Source of the DNA: an uncultured Candidatus Bathyarchaeia archaeon
GTDB lineage: Archaea > Thermoproteota > Bathyarchaeia > Bathyarchaeales > B24-2
Assembly (NCBI GenBank): GCA_964536595.1
Contig: CAZHYI010000001.1
Span: 1 to 25,191 of the forward strand
Direction of reading: 5' to 3'
DNA: 25,191 nucleotides
Made by a program: the position numbers and the translations under genes. Shown piece after piece: positions 6,069 through 15,889 of this stretch; position 1 is the stretch's first letter, and each line of letters starts with the position of its first letter. The notes under the pieces were generated by a model. The model had not been told where the DNA came from and did not search any database. It worked only from the letters and a program-made list of their open reading frames with translations.

Positions 6069-8990
6069 TTACTCGATGTAGATTGCTGGTCTTAATGGTC
6101 TAGCGAACTTTGCTCTTCCAGCTGGATCGTATATACCCTCATCCTCTTCACTATAAATCTCTACTTCCGCCTTCAACTCTTCCTTCAGAAACTCTACTGA
6201 GTTATGAAGGATCTCAACTTCATCCTGCATGGTAAGTTTCATTCTTCTCTTTTTACTCTCTATCGGAAGTCTATTTAGATCCTCTATTGCCCTCCTTATG
6301 AAGTCCACCGTCTCCTTGCTCCTCATTCTTTTCTCCTTAAGGAGCGTTCTAAGGGTAGACTTGAAGTCTATGCGCCCCTCAAGGGATTGCGCTAACAGTT
6401 TACTATAGATCTCCCATTTCCATGATGCAGCCGTGTAGAACCTCACACTTTTAGGCGAAATCCTCGTTGCTTTAATTATCTCTTGTGCGTCTCTAAGACA
6501 ATTCTTCAGCAACTCCTCTAACTCCTCGGCTTTCTCATCTATTAACTTCTCATCTGGTTTTGGCCAGGGAGCTGACGAGACGAAGTCTTTCTCACCTAGA
6601 ATCTCCCAAAGCTCCTCGCAAATGTGAGGTGTTACTGGAGCAAGCATCTTGATTTGAGCTTCTAAAACCTGTCTTACTATTCTATATCTGGAGGGGGGAA
6701 TCTCCACCGATTGCTTGTCACCTCTAACTCTACGTAGGTACCACTGTAAATCCTGATCTAGAAGATAGAACGCCGTATTTATCGCTCTTCTAACCATAAG
6801 TTTATCCATGGCTTCAGTGGCTTCCTTAATGTGGTTCTGAAGTCGGCTCAGCATCCACCTATCCAAATGGTCTAATTTAGGTTTAACCTCTGCATTTTTC
6901 CCTATTGAGGCGATGTTTAAAACGAAATTGTACAATTTCTCTAATCTCTCCTTTACAGACCTTGCCATGGACATGCTGAAATCTGCGTCCTGGAGTAGCT
7001 CAGCGGTTCCGAGCATTGTGAGTCTAAGTGAGTCTGCACCGAACATGGAGATAGCTTCCACTAATGGTATTATGTTGCCTAGAGACTTACTCATCTTCTG
7101 CCCCTCCATTAGAACGCTTCCATTAACAACTATCTGTCTTGGCCATAATTTTCTGGGAAATATGGCTGTATGGATGAATATCATAAAGGATAAGTGGTTT
7201 GGGATGAGGTCTCTGCCCGAGTGGCGGCTATCCAGCGGATAGAAGTATAGAAATTCCCTACGCATAGACTTTAACACATCAACTTCTAAGCCAGACTTTT
7301 CAGCCACTTCTTCAGGGGTACCTTTACCGAGAAAGACATAGTTGAACACTGAGTCGTTGAGGTTCTCGGCCTTAATGTTAAACTTTCTTAAGATATACGC
7401 GATTGTGTAGTAAGCCATATAGATGACTGAGTCTGAAAGGGACTCTATAATCCACCTCTTATCCCATGGAAGCTTAGTTCCAAGCCCAGCTCTACGAGCG
7501 CATGCTTTCTCCTTAAGCCAATCTACCACATTAATAAATTCCTGCCTAATCTCCTCTGGGAGTATCTCCATATTTTCAAGGCACTCTTTAGCTAAGGCCT
7601 TCCATTTCGGATCTCCATAATTTATGAACCATTGATCCTCAAAGATTTTTACAACTACTTTGGCTCCGCACCTACAATAAATAGGTTTATTGCTTAACTC
7701 GAAAACTACGTCGCCCAATCCGCTATTTAGGAGAAACTCTCTTATTTTATCTCTGGCTTCAGCCACAGTCAAACCCGCATAGGAGGCTGTATTCTCCTTC
7801 ATTATGCCTGAAACATATTCGTTCCTATATAGGGTTTTGGTAGCATCCTCTAATTTAGGGTCAAGTTGGCTTCTAATATGTAACTTTAAAATTATGTCTG
7901 AAGCTGGTACTTCAGAGTAGCCTGGGACTTTAATGATTGAGATGGGAACTAAAGGCTTGACTTTATCCCCGATCTTAAACTTCTCTAGAGAAACTTCATC
8001 TTCCTTCAAGTTTTCTAATGCGATATAGTCATATGGAGCGTGTCCCGGAACCGACATAACAACTCCTGTTGCATTATCGGGATCTACAAACTTGCCCGGT
8101 AATATTGGAATCACTTTATCAGTGATAGGGTTTATGGCTTCCTTCCCTATTAGGCTTTCACCTTTAAACTTTTCAATTAATTTAATGTTGTCCTTCATGA
8201 GGCGCAGCTTCTCAACAGCTTCCAGACTTACAATCCAAACTTCATCTTTAACCTTCACCTTTGCGTATTCAGAGTCAGGATTAACCCATATGTTTGTGAC
8301 TCCGAATATTGTCTCTGGACGTAAAGTTGCTGTTGGGAGAATCGCGTCTTCATTATGAAGCTTGAACTTTATGGCTATAAACTCCTCTATCTCTGGCTCA
8401 ACATCGCCCTTCGTGTCATGTTGCCCAACTGGATTTCCGCATTTTGGGCACCAACCCACCGGGTGGCTTCCCTGAGTTATATATCCTCCTTCCCTGAGCT
8501 TATGGAATTGCCACTCTATGAAGCGGCTGTATTGGGGATCTATAGTAGTGAATTCTCTGCGCCAATCTATTGAGTATCCCATTCTCTTCATGCCTGTCTT
8601 TATCTCTTCATGAAAGTATCGGGCGATGCTTATAGGCTCCAAAAATTCTTTCAGCTTCTCCTCTGGAACGCCATATATAGATTTAAATGTTCTAATCAGT
8701 TCCTCATCTCCTTCTCTAAGCCTCCTCGACATGGCTAGTATAGGTGTTCCTGTATAGTGGAAGGCCATCGGGAAAAGTACATTGAAGCCCTTCATACGCA
8801 TGTAACGTGCATGAGCATCAGCCAGCGTGTAGGTTCTTCCATGCCCTATATGTTGAGGTGAGTTGGGGTATGGATAAGCAACCGTTATGAAGAACTTCTC
8901 TTTCTTTGGGTCAGGGTCACACTCAAAGATTCCGGCTTCAGCCCATCTTTTCTGCCATTTCTCTTCTATGAGAGACCAATCTAAAACCAT
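6069..8990 (-). CDS. leuS: Leucyl-tRNA synthetase (archaeal/eukaryotic type)
   Basis: Motifs AYPYPN..HIGH and KMSKS, CP1 editing motifs TLRPET and TGVVMSVPGHAPYD, and the C-terminal ARPLRPAIYIE. Confidence 0.97.
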   Translation of the reverse strand: MVLDWSLIEEKWQKRWAEAGIFECDPDPKKEKFFITVAYPYPNSPQHIGHGRTYTLADAHARYMRMKGFNVLFPMAFHYTGTPILAMSRRLREGDEELIRTFKSIYGVPEEKLKEFLEPISIARYFHEEIKTGMKRMGYSIDWRREFTTIDPQYSRFIEWQFHKLREGGYITQGSHPVGWCPKCGNPVGQHDTKGDVEPEIEEFIAIKFKLHNEDAILPTATLRPETIFGVTNIWVNPDSEYAKVKVKDEVWIVSLEAVEKLRLMKDNIKLIEKFKGESLIGKEAINPITDKVIPILPGKFVDPDNATGVVMSVPGHAPYDYIALENLKEDEVSLEKFKIGDKVKPLVPISIIKVPGYSEVPASDIILKLHIRSQLDPKLEDATKTLYRNEYVSGIMKENTASYAGLTVAEARDKIREFLLNSGLGDVVFELSNKPIYCRCGAKVVVKIFEDQWFINYGDPKWKALAKECLENMEILPEEIRQEFINVVDWLKEKACARRAGLGTKLPWDKRWIIESLSDSVIYMAYYTIAYILRKFNIKAENLNDSVFNYVFLGKGTPEEVAEKSGLEVDVLKSMRREFLYFYPLDSRHSGRDLIPNHLSFMIFIHTAIFPRKLWPRQIVVNGSVLMEGQKMSKSLGNIIPLVEAISMFGADSLRLTMLGTAELLQDADFSMSMARSVKERLEKLYNFVLNIASIGKNAEVKPKLDHLDRWMLSRLQNHIKEATEAMDKLMVRRAINTAFYLLDQDLQWYLRRVRGDKQSVEIPPSRYRIVRQVLEAQIKMLAPVTPHICEELWEILGEKDFVSSAPWPKPDEKLIDEKAEELEELLKNCLRDAQEIIKATRISPKSVRFYTAASWKWEIYSKLLAQSLEGRIDFKSTLRTLLKEKRMRSKETVDFIRRAIEDLNRLPIESKKRRMKLTMQDEVEILHNSVEFLKEELKAEVEIYSEEDEGIYDPAGRAKFARPLRPAIYIE

Positions 8991-8996
8991 TGGAAA

Positions 8997-11780
8997 CTAC
9001 GCCTCTGCACCACCCATTATACTCTCAATTACAGTTTTAAGAGCATCTTCAGCTCTATTAGTTAGGGGACCACCGCCTTGAGCGAAGGTGTCTCTACCAC
9101 TGCCTCGACCACCGAGAATCTTAGCTGCCTTATCAGCTAAGTCCCGCGCGTTGAAGCCTAGCTTTAAGGCTTCATCCCCCACTCTAACGATCACTCTAGC
9201 TGCCCTATTAACTACTATGAATATGCCTATAGACTTAGAGTTTAATTTCGCAACCTCATTAGCCACATTTATTACTAAGTCAGGGCCCAACTTACTGATT
9301 ATGTCTGAAACTACACTGACATCTCTGATTAATCTGGCTCCTTCAATGTAGTTCTTCGCCATTAATCTTGCTAATTCACCCTCAAGCATTCTAACCTTCC
9401 TTCTTAAAACCTTAACTTCCTCAATGACTTCCTTAGACGCTTCCTCTATCCTCTCCATAGGTGCACCGATTAAACTTGATATGGTACTCAACTTCTCCTC
9501 AGTCTTTTCAATACCCTCAATGGCGGCTGGTCCAGCACTGAAAACTATTCGTTCTACACCATCTTGGATCCTTTCGGTGTGAACTATCTTTATTAAGCCT
9601 ATCTCCCCTGTTCTTGAGCAGTGTAGTCCACCACAAGCCTCCACATCCCACTCTCCAATCTTAACCACCCTTATGTATCTTCCAGGGACTACGCCTCCCT
9701 GATATAGCCGGAAGCCGTAGAGCCTCTCAGCCTCTTCTCTAGGCATCAACTTCACATTTACCGGTATATCTTTCATTACTGCTTCGTTCGCTAGAAACTC
9801 TATTTTACGAGTTTCCTCCGGAGTTAAACGTCTATAGTGGGATATATCTAGCCTAGATCTCTCCGCCCCCTTTTGAGCACCGCGCTGCCAAACATGCATA
9901 CCAAGAACTCTTCTCGCAGCCCCCAAAATTATATGCGTAGCTGTATGGTTTCTCATCAATCTATACCGATATTCCCAGTCCACTATACCCCTCACTTTCA
10001 CTCCTTCTTTGGGAGGTCTGCCCTCAATCTTATGAATTATGACGTTTCCTAAAGATTGAACATCCATAACTGGAACCTTACTTCCTTCAAACTCTATATA
10101 GCCTCTATCTGCAGGCTGCCCTCCGCCTTCCGGGTAGAATGCTGTAGCGTCAAGAACTACATATTTATCATTTATAACTTTCAAGACTCTCGCTACAAAC
10201 TCCGATGAGTACCTATCATCATAATATAGACGTTTCGTTTCAGGCAGATTCGAGATAAGATCTTCGCTTATCTCTTCTTGCTCAGTCTTCATTGAAGGGG
10301 CGGACTGGATATGTCTCTCCGCAACTATCTTGTAAAAGTCTTCTGGTAACTGAACTTGAACTCCCTCTTTAAGCGCGAATCCTCTAACTATTTCAGGTGG
10401 TAGACCATGCGAGTCATAAAGCTCTATAAGTCTCTCCTTCGGGATCTCCGAGACTCCTTCAGCCTTGAACTTCTTAACTAACCTCTTAATTAACGCTTCA
10501 CCTCTGGAGAGAGTATCTTTAAACTTCTCCACCTCAACATTCAGAATCTCATTTATCTCAGCACTCATCTCCTTCAAGTAAGGAAAGTCTCTGGACCAAT
10601 AATCTATTTGGAGATTTACGATGTCTAAGATACTATCCTCCAGGGAAAGCTCCTTTAAAAGCCTATATATTCTCCTGATAATCAGTCTTGCTAGGTATCC
10701 TTCACCCATATTGGATGGAACTATACCCTCAGCCAATATGAAAACTATAGTTTTAGTATGGTCTGTAAGAGTGAAGATGTTCTCTATAGGCTTCAGAAGT
10801 CTCTCTAACTCCTCATAATCTAGACCCAACTCGGAAGCCACCCTCTTTCTAGCCTTTATTCTTACTTTTCCTCTTTCAATATCCATAAGCCCTGAAAGTT
10901 CACCTATTCTTGAGAGGATCTTTTCATCAGGCATATCAATACTTGCCTTAGCAACTATACTTTCTAGTACTGATCCATAAGTTGAATGGAAACAGCTGGG
11001 TGTGCCTTGAGATAACCAAGTATACCTCTCTATTCCATATCCAGTATCCACAGTCTTTATCGGAAGCTCAATAAATTCACCATTAACCGTCTTATACTTC
11101 ATGAAGACTAAGGTTGCAAGTTCCAATCCTCTTACAATACTCTCTACACACGGACCCGCATTTCCGCCTCCAGACCACACCCCCTCTTTATAGATTACCT
11201 CTTCAGACTTCACTCCGAGCTCGTCCGTCACGAACTCATGATGGAAACTAACTGTTTCATTCTTCCAGTAGATCGTTTCTTTTGGTGAGTTAAAGGCGTG
11301 ATGTCCCCCCATCTCGAAAATCGTTAGGTGTCTACCGAATGTGGGTCCCACATTATCCAGATCAACAAATCTTAGGCATGGTTGACTGATCACTAAGGGG
11401 TTAGCTGGGGGAGGCACCTCTCCGCTAGTGACGTAAGGCTGAAAGTCAACTATGCTTGCATGGGTGAAGAATAGATCATCCCTCCACCTTGCCACCACAG
11501 GGTATGGTTGAATTCTGGTGTGCCCTCTCTTTTCAAAGAAAGATAAGAAACACTCCCTCATCTCAGATATGCCATATCTCCTCTTTGTTGGAGGATTCAT
11601 AATGAAGGTGTATTCTGCGCATCCATAGGAGTTTGCTTCACCACAAAGTTCCTGCATAGGATCTTGTGTCCAAAAGAAGTCTCCACATCGGGGGCACTTC
11701 TTTCTGTAGTATCCATTTTCTTTAAAGAAGTCTAATTCGTACTCTTCAGCAGAGAATATTGCCACCTCTCCACTCTCCAA
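8997..11780 (-). CDS. alaS: Alanyl-tRNA synthetase (archaeal type)
   Basis: N-terminal CxxC; motifs VVARWRDD, ASIVDFQP and HLTIFEM; editing motifs HTATH and CGGLH; C-Ala GGGP end. The start is TTG 11780 or GTG 11765. Confidence 0.97.
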   Translation of the reverse strand: MESGEVAIFSAEEYELDFFKENGYYRKKCPRCGDFFWTQDPMQELCGEANSYGCAEYTFIMNPPTKRRYGISEMRECFLSFFEKRGHTRIQPYPVVARWRDDLFFTHASIVDFQPYVTSGEVPPPANPLVISQPCLRFVDLDNVGPTFGRHLTIFEMGGHHAFNSPKETIYWKNETVSFHHEFVTDELGVKSEEVIYKEGVWSGGGNAGPCVESIVRGLELATLVFMKYKTVNGEFIELPIKTVDTGYGIERYTWLSQGTPSCFHSTYGSVLESIVAKASIDMPDEKILSRIGELSGLMDIERGKVRIKARKRVASELGLDYEELERLLKPIENIFTLTDHTKTIVFILAEGIVPSNMGEGYLARLIIRRIYRLLKELSLEDSILDIVNLQIDYWSRDFPYLKEMSAEINEILNVEVEKFKDTLSRGEALIKRLVKKFKAEGVSEIPKERLIELYDSHGLPPEIVRGFALKEGVQVQLPEDFYKIVAERHIQSAPSMKTEQEEISEDLISNLPETKRLYYDDRYSSEFVARVLKVINDKYVVLDATAFYPEGGGQPADRGYIEFEGSKVPVMDVQSLGNVIIHKIEGRPPKEGVKVRGIVDWEYRYRLMRNHTATHIILGAARRVLGMHVWQRGAQKGAERSRLDISHYRRLTPEETRKIEFLANEAVMKDIPVNVKLMPREEAERLYGFRLYQGGVVPGRYIRVVKIGEWDVEACGGLHCSRTGEIGLIKIVHTERIQDGVERIVFSAGPAAIEGIEKTEEKLSTISSLIGAPMERIEEASKEVIEEVKVLRRKVRMLEGELARLMAKNYIEGARLIRDVSVVSDIISKLGPDLVINVANEVAKLNSKSIGIFIVVNRAARVIVRVGDEALKLGFNARDLADKAAKILGGRGSGRDTFAQGGGPLTNRAEDALKTVIESIMGGAEA

Positions 11781-11796
11781 CCGTCCCCACTTTAGA

Positions 11797-11805
11797 TTAT
11801 TTAAA
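11797..11805 (-). promoter_or_regulatory. Putative TATA box for alaS-leuS (TTTAAATAA)
   Basis: TATA-like box shortly upstream of the alaS start candidates, flanked by an 8-nt direct repeat. Confidence 0.45.
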
Positions 11806-11875
11806 GGGATAGATTATCTCAATTTAACTATTTCATAAAGAAGTTGAGGAGATAGCTTATTTTTATAGTGAGGAT

Positions 11876-12178
11876 TTAACCGAATAGGGCTCCCAGCCCT
11901 TCTAAAGCAGCCTCCTCCTTCTCCTCTTCCTCCTCTTCAGCCTTCTCTTCTTCCTTCTTTTCAACTTCTTCGGTTGGTTGCGGAGCGGGTGCAGCAGGCA
12001 TTGCAACAGCTGACTTTAAGACCTCATCTATATCTATCTCACTCACAGAGGCTACTAACGCTTTCACCCTTGCTGAGTCAACATTGACTCCGGCTGCCTT
12101 GAGAACTTCTGTGAGGTTTTCCTCATTAATCTCTTTACCCGCCTTATGTAAGAGCAAAGCTGCATAGACATACTCCAT
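11876..12178 (-). CDS. rpl12: 50S ribosomal stalk protein P1 (aL12)
   Basis: Starts [11 protein letters not shown], has an Ala/Pro and acidic linker, ends GLGALFG. Confidence 0.98.
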   Translation of the reverse strand: MEYVYAALLLHKAGKEINEENLTEVLKAAGVNVDSARVKALVASVSEIDIDEVLKSAVAMPAAPAPQPTEEVEKKEEEKAEEEEEEKEEAALEGLGALFG

Positions 12179-12200
12179 CTAAATCTAACTCTCCTTACTT

Positions 12201-13076
12201 TCAGGAATTTCTATCCTCTACATCTTTAGCTTCTAAACTCTTACTTAAGATTAACGCTTCCGTATAAGCTTTCCGGATTATGTCAGGTATGGTTTCAGTA
12301 GTCACTATGGATGCACCTAGTGAGAGACTATACGCCTCTCGGAAGGCCTTCTGAAGTAGAGTTGTAATGTTCTCTTTTGTTGGATACGCAACCTCAATCG
12401 ATAATGTGTAAGCTTGACTATGCGCTTGTAAGAAGTCGTCCTTAACCTTTTCGAGGTCCAAAACTAAATCTTTCTCTGTCAGTATAGTGCCATCATCATA
12501 AGCCAGCTTTAGAGAGAGTCCGACTTCAACAGCCTTAATATTCAGTTTTGATAGTACAGCAGCAAGCCTCATATCTATCACGTCTCCCTTTCTAGCTACG
12601 ATAGTATCCTTATTGATCCAGACACTTCCGCCCTCAATCCTGGTGGGGAGACCCACAGAATTCAGTTGAGAGATTATGGGACCAGGAGGCAAACCTGTAT
12701 TTCCAGCTGGCACAACCACATCATAGGTTGCTACGTCTCCAGCTTTCGCTATAGCCTTAACCTTATTTTTATCTAGAAAAATCTTAAGTTTGTAGGGGTT
12801 CATGTCAGTGAATAAAAATATGTTTGAACCCTTTATATACTCAGCGAACTTCTTCATTCTATCGTCGCCATCCAGTTCTTCTATGGCTCTCCTTATAATG
12901 GCGTTCTTGAAAACTTTGATATGAACTAAACCTCTAAGCTTCTTTTTGAGCTCCTGTAATTGGTTTGCCCTCACCTTGCTAAGATCCGCTACAGCTAACA
13001 CTTTATATTTACTTAGGAGAGTCTTAGCTTCCTCAACCATCTCTCTCTTCATTTTTAAAAGTTGCTTAGTGGGCAT
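12201..13076 (-). CDS. rpl10: 50S ribosomal protein uL10 (P0)
   Basis: Motifs GSNIFLFTDMNP, AGNTGLPPGP and TRIEGG. Follows rpl1. ATG 13076 is preferred over GTG 13088. Confidence 0.96.
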   Translation of the reverse strand: MPTKQLLKMKREMVEEAKTLLSKYKVLAVADLSKVRANQLQELKKKLRGLVHIKVFKNAIIRRAIEELDGDDRMKKFAEYIKGSNIFLFTDMNPYKLKIFLDKNKVKAIAKAGDVATYDVVVPAGNTGLPPGPIISQLNSVGLPTRIEGGSVWINKDTIVARKGDVIDMRLAAVLSKLNIKAVEVGLSLKLAYDDGTILTEKDLVLDLEKVKDDFLQAHSQAYTLSIEVAYPTKENITTLLQKAFREAYSLSLGASIVTTETIPDIIRKAYTEALILSKSLEAKDVEDRNS

Positions 13077-13092
13077 ACTCAACACCACAAAA

Positions 13093-13740
13093 TTACACTT
13101 TAATCTTTACAGGTTTTCCCATGGTTGTTTTTATATAAATTGTATCTATATTCTTAATTCCTCTCTTCAGTCTTCCCTGAATTCTCTCAATAACAGCCTT
13201 AATATTCTCGAGAATTTCCTTACTATCCATATCTTCCCTACCGACTCCACACCTCAAAACGGGCGCGCCTCTCAATCTGAGAGTAACCATTCTTCTATGT
13301 CTCTCAATCACTTCAGCTACATCTGCATTGGGCGGTATAGGCGTAGGCATTTTCCCTCTAGGACCTAAAGTGAATCCCATATATCTACCGACAAGGGGCA
13401 TCAGAGGCCCCTCAGCTATGAAGTAATCGTAACTTTTTGAGATCTCCTTTATCTTTCTCCGATTGTTAGAAAGTGCCTCTAGTTCCTTTCTATCCATAAC
13501 GAGATCTGCGCCTGCGCGTCTGGCTCTTAAGGCTACGTCCCCTGAAGCTATCACACATATCTTCTTATCCTTCACCTTATGCGGCAATTCAATGGATTCC
13601 TGAAATCTATTTTCAGGCTTCTTCGTATCTACATCTTTAAGATTAATAATCAACTCTACAGTTTGCGTAAAATTTCTCTTCGTAGCCTTCTTCTTTGCCT
13701 CTTCTATAGCTTCAAGTAGAACCTTATCGTTCAATGGCAT
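13093..13740 (-). CDS. rpl1: 50S ribosomal protein uL1
   Basis: Motifs KRNFTQTVEL, LGPRGKMP and IKTTMG. Confidence 0.97.
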   Translation of the reverse strand: MPLNDKVLLEAIEEAKKKATKRNFTQTVELIINLKDVDTKKPENRFQESIELPHKVKDKKICVIASGDVALRARRAGADLVMDRKELEALSNNRRKIKEISKSYDYFIAEGPLMPLVGRYMGFTLGPRGKMPTPIPPNADVAEVIERHRRMVTLRLRGAPVLRCGVGREDMDSKEILENIKAVIERIQGRLKRGIKNIDTIYIKTTMGKPVKIKV

Positions 13741-13778
13741 CTCGGCGACCTCGATTATCAGAGTTTAAAAAGGAGCCA

Positions 13779-13786
13779 TTTATAAA
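13779..13786 (-). promoter_or_regulatory. Putative internal promoter (TTTATAAA) for rpl1-rpl10-rpl12
   Basis: TATA-like box in the 58-nt rpl11-rpl1 gap, with an SD-like GAGGT at 13748-13752. Confidence 0.45.
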
Positions 13787-13798
13787 AAGATTTTTATT

Positions 13799-14284
13799 TC
13801 ATTCTTTGAGGATTTCGTCATATTTCCCTTGATTTATCTCCCTCTGAACCTCTTTTGGGCTCTTCCCTTCCACTGTGACACCCATGCTCAAACATGTGCC
13901 AAGAACCTCCTTTACAGCTCCCTTAAGATCTTTAGCTAGCAACGCCTCTTGTTTCAGCTTAGCTATCTTGATAATCTGTTCCATTGATAAGTCTCCAACA
14001 ACCTCTTGTGAAGGGCTTTTAGCTCCCTTCGAGATACCTAACTCGCTCACTATTAAGGCGGAGGTTGGCGGTACGCCTACCTCAACCTCAAACTCCTTAG
14101 TCTCCACATCCACAATAATCTTAACTGGAACCTTCATCCCAGCGTAAGATTTGGTTAATTCATTAATCTTATTTACAACTTGCAGTACATTGACGCCTAG
14201 AGGACCTAATGCTGGACCTAAAGGCGGTCCTCCAGTCGCTTTTCCTCCGCTTATAAGAGCTTCTATAATCTTCTTTTCACCCAT
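13799..14284 (-). CDS. rpl11: 50S ribosomal protein uL11
   Basis: Motifs [25 protein letters not shown] and GTCLSMGV. Confidence 0.98.
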   Translation of the reverse strand: MGEKKIIEALISGGKATGGPPLGPALGPLGVNVLQVVNKINELTKSYAGMKVPVKIIVDVETKEFEVEVGVPPTSALIVSELGISKGAKSPSQEVVGDLSMEQIIKIAKLKQEALLAKDLKGAVKEVLGTCLSMGVTVEGKSPKEVQREINQGKYDEILKE

Positions 14285-14290
14285 ACTTCA

Positions 14291-14761
14291 TCACTCCTTT
14301 TTAGCCTTCTCTATAACCTTCACATAGTCAGCATGAACCGTTATGGGTAAGGTGAAAGTAGCCTCAAGAAGTTCAAGTGTGACTTCCTCTTTCGCTTTAT
14401 CAATCCGTGTTATTCTAGCTTTCATGCCTTTAAATGGGCCACTAACCACTTCCACTACATCTCCCATCCCTAACTCCTCAATGACTGGCTTGACAAGTAT
14501 ATAGCGTTCAAGCTCACTAATCTCAACTTTACCTTGAACTCTTGATCTGATATGCTTAATTCCAGCTATGGCTTCCTCCACCGTGTGGGGCCCTTCAGCT
14601 TCAATAAATATGTATCCTTTAAGGGTTTCAGGCACAATTATGGATTTTATAGGTATCTTATTAGCTTCAATCTTTGAAGCTAGAAGCTCAGCTACATTTC
14701 TCTCTTGACCCGCAGTCGTTCTTACAGCAAAAACTGAGGTGTAGGATCTTCTTTCTGTCAT
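14291..14761 (-). CDS. spt5: Transcription elongation factor Spt5 (NusG family)
   Basis: NGN domain (TTAGQE, KGYIFIE) and KOW motif (GDVVEVVSGPFKG). Confidence 0.96.
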   Translation of the reverse strand: MTERRSYTSVFAVRTTAGQERNVAELLASKIEANKIPIKSIIVPETLKGYIFIEAEGPHTVEEAIAGIKHIRSRVQGKVEISELERYILVKPVIEELGMGDVVEVVSGPFKGMKARITRIDKAKEEVTLELLEATFTLPITVHADYVKVIEKAKKE

Positions 14762-14781
14762 ATTTCAACTCAACTCTACAT

Positions 14782-14958
14782 TTAGGTTGTTATCCCCTGT
14801 ATGACGCCCGATATGAACTTTATTACGAAACCTAAAACTCCAATGATCACAGTCCCTAAAAGACTTATCTTTAGTGATAGCCAGTACTCTCTCTTACCGG
14901 GCTTCTTCGACATTTTAAGCAGTCTGCTACATGATTTTATGAATGATTTTAATACCAT
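14782..14958 (-). CDS. secE: Protein translocase subunit SecE / Sec61-gamma (58 aa)
   Basis: Hand translation MVLKSFIKSCSRLLKMSKKPGKREYWLSLKISLLGTVIIGVLGFVIKFISGVIQGITT shows the KKP..EY pattern and one TM helix. It sits at the conserved position before spt5 and is not in the ORF track. Confidence 0.93.
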   Translation of the reverse strand: MVLKSFIKSCSRLLKMSKKPGKREYWLSLKISLLGTVIIGVLGFVIKFISGVIQGITT

Positions 14959-15040
14959 TTACATGCAAACAAAAAAATTCCTATCCTCCTATAAAAATTT
15001 ATTGCACAATACTCGCTAGGCGTAGGACGTTAGTTGAACA

Positions 15041-15055
15041 GAAAAATATGAAAAA
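15041..15055 (-). terminator. Putative oligo-T terminator after dtdA
   Basis: TTTTTCATATTTTTC just after the dtdA stop, followed by a TATA-like TTTTTATAG upstream of secE. Confidence 0.35.
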
Positions 15056-15057
15056 TT

Positions 15058-15864
15058 TTAAACCTTTCTTATTTCCAAGCCTATGTCAGTAAGGTTCGTA
15101 ATTAAATCGTTCTTAAATGCTCCTCTAATCCCTTTCCAGTCTAAAACACACATTTCAACTTTCTCATAAGTCTTAACTATGCATTTTTTAATCATGTATT
15201 TATCAATGTATGGCAGAGCATAGTTTGGGATTATGTGACCGAAGGCTAAATCTTCATTAATAGCAATCTTCGTGAACTTCATATTGTAGTGAGGACCACC
15301 GATACCTAGAACCGCTCTACATTTACCATTTTGAGTCGCCGATGCCATAGCTGCTCTAGCAACCGCTTCAGCCGCTTCCCGATCTCTCCACTGCCTTTTT
15401 GAACTTCCTAATTCAACAAACATTGTTGGTACAGCTAGAGTTGGGCCGTGATGAGTACATTCATAGGAGACCTCATAATTTAAATCCAGCTTAATCTTCC
15501 ATCTAAACAACTCTTGGAGAGCAACCTTCATGGCATTAGCGGGAGATATGGATAGTTCTCTAGACTTGCCTCCAAGTTTCGCTTCACCAAAATTGCCTGG
15601 TGTATGAACAGTCAGTGTGGGTAATCCGCTTTTACTGCTATGTCTAGAAATAAAAATCACTATTTCCGGTTTAAATATCTGGTCTATATTTTGAGCGTTG
15701 ACTGGTTCTTCATCTATAAATATTAATTTAACCTCTGTCTCCTCATGGACATAAGAATCCTTTATGGGAAGAGTGTCTGTCCTCTTGAAATTGTAGATTC
15801 TAAGTAATGCTTCAGCGATGTTTAATGAAGCTTCATCCTTTCTTGATGCAACGATCAGCCTCAT
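15058..15864 (-). CDS. dtdA: D-aminoacyl-tRNA deacylase (DTD2/GEK1 type)
   Basis: Motifs SRHSS, LTVHTPGN, ECTHHGP, FVELGS and GGPHY. ATG 15864, with an adjacent in-frame TTG at 15867. Confidence 0.93.
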   Translation of the reverse strand: MRLIVASRKDEASLNIAEALLRIYNFKRTDTLPIKDSYVHEETEVKLIFIDEEPVNAQNIDQIFKPEIVIFISRHSSKSGLPTLTVHTPGNFGEAKLGGKSRELSISPANAMKVALQELFRWKIKLDLNYEVSYECTHHGPTLAVPTMFVELGSSKRQWRDREAAEAVARAAMASATQNGKCRAVLGIGGPHYNMKFTKIAINEDLAFGHIIPNYALPYIDKYMIKKCIVKTYEKVEMCVLDWKGIRGAFKNDLITNLTDIGLEIRKV

Positions 15865-15889
15865 CAACGAATCCTCAAATTTTCGTCAT

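Noticed and set aside
11905-11965. Low-complexity CTT/CTC repeats in rpl12
   Set aside because: They encode the normal Glu/Lys-rich hinge of P1 and are not a DNA repeat element.
13660-13720. L1 autoregulatory binding site within the 5' part of rpl1, as in Methanococcus
   Set aside because: The region encodes the equivalent residues, but I could not build the required GGC/GCC helix and asymmetric loop; a covariance-model search would be needed.
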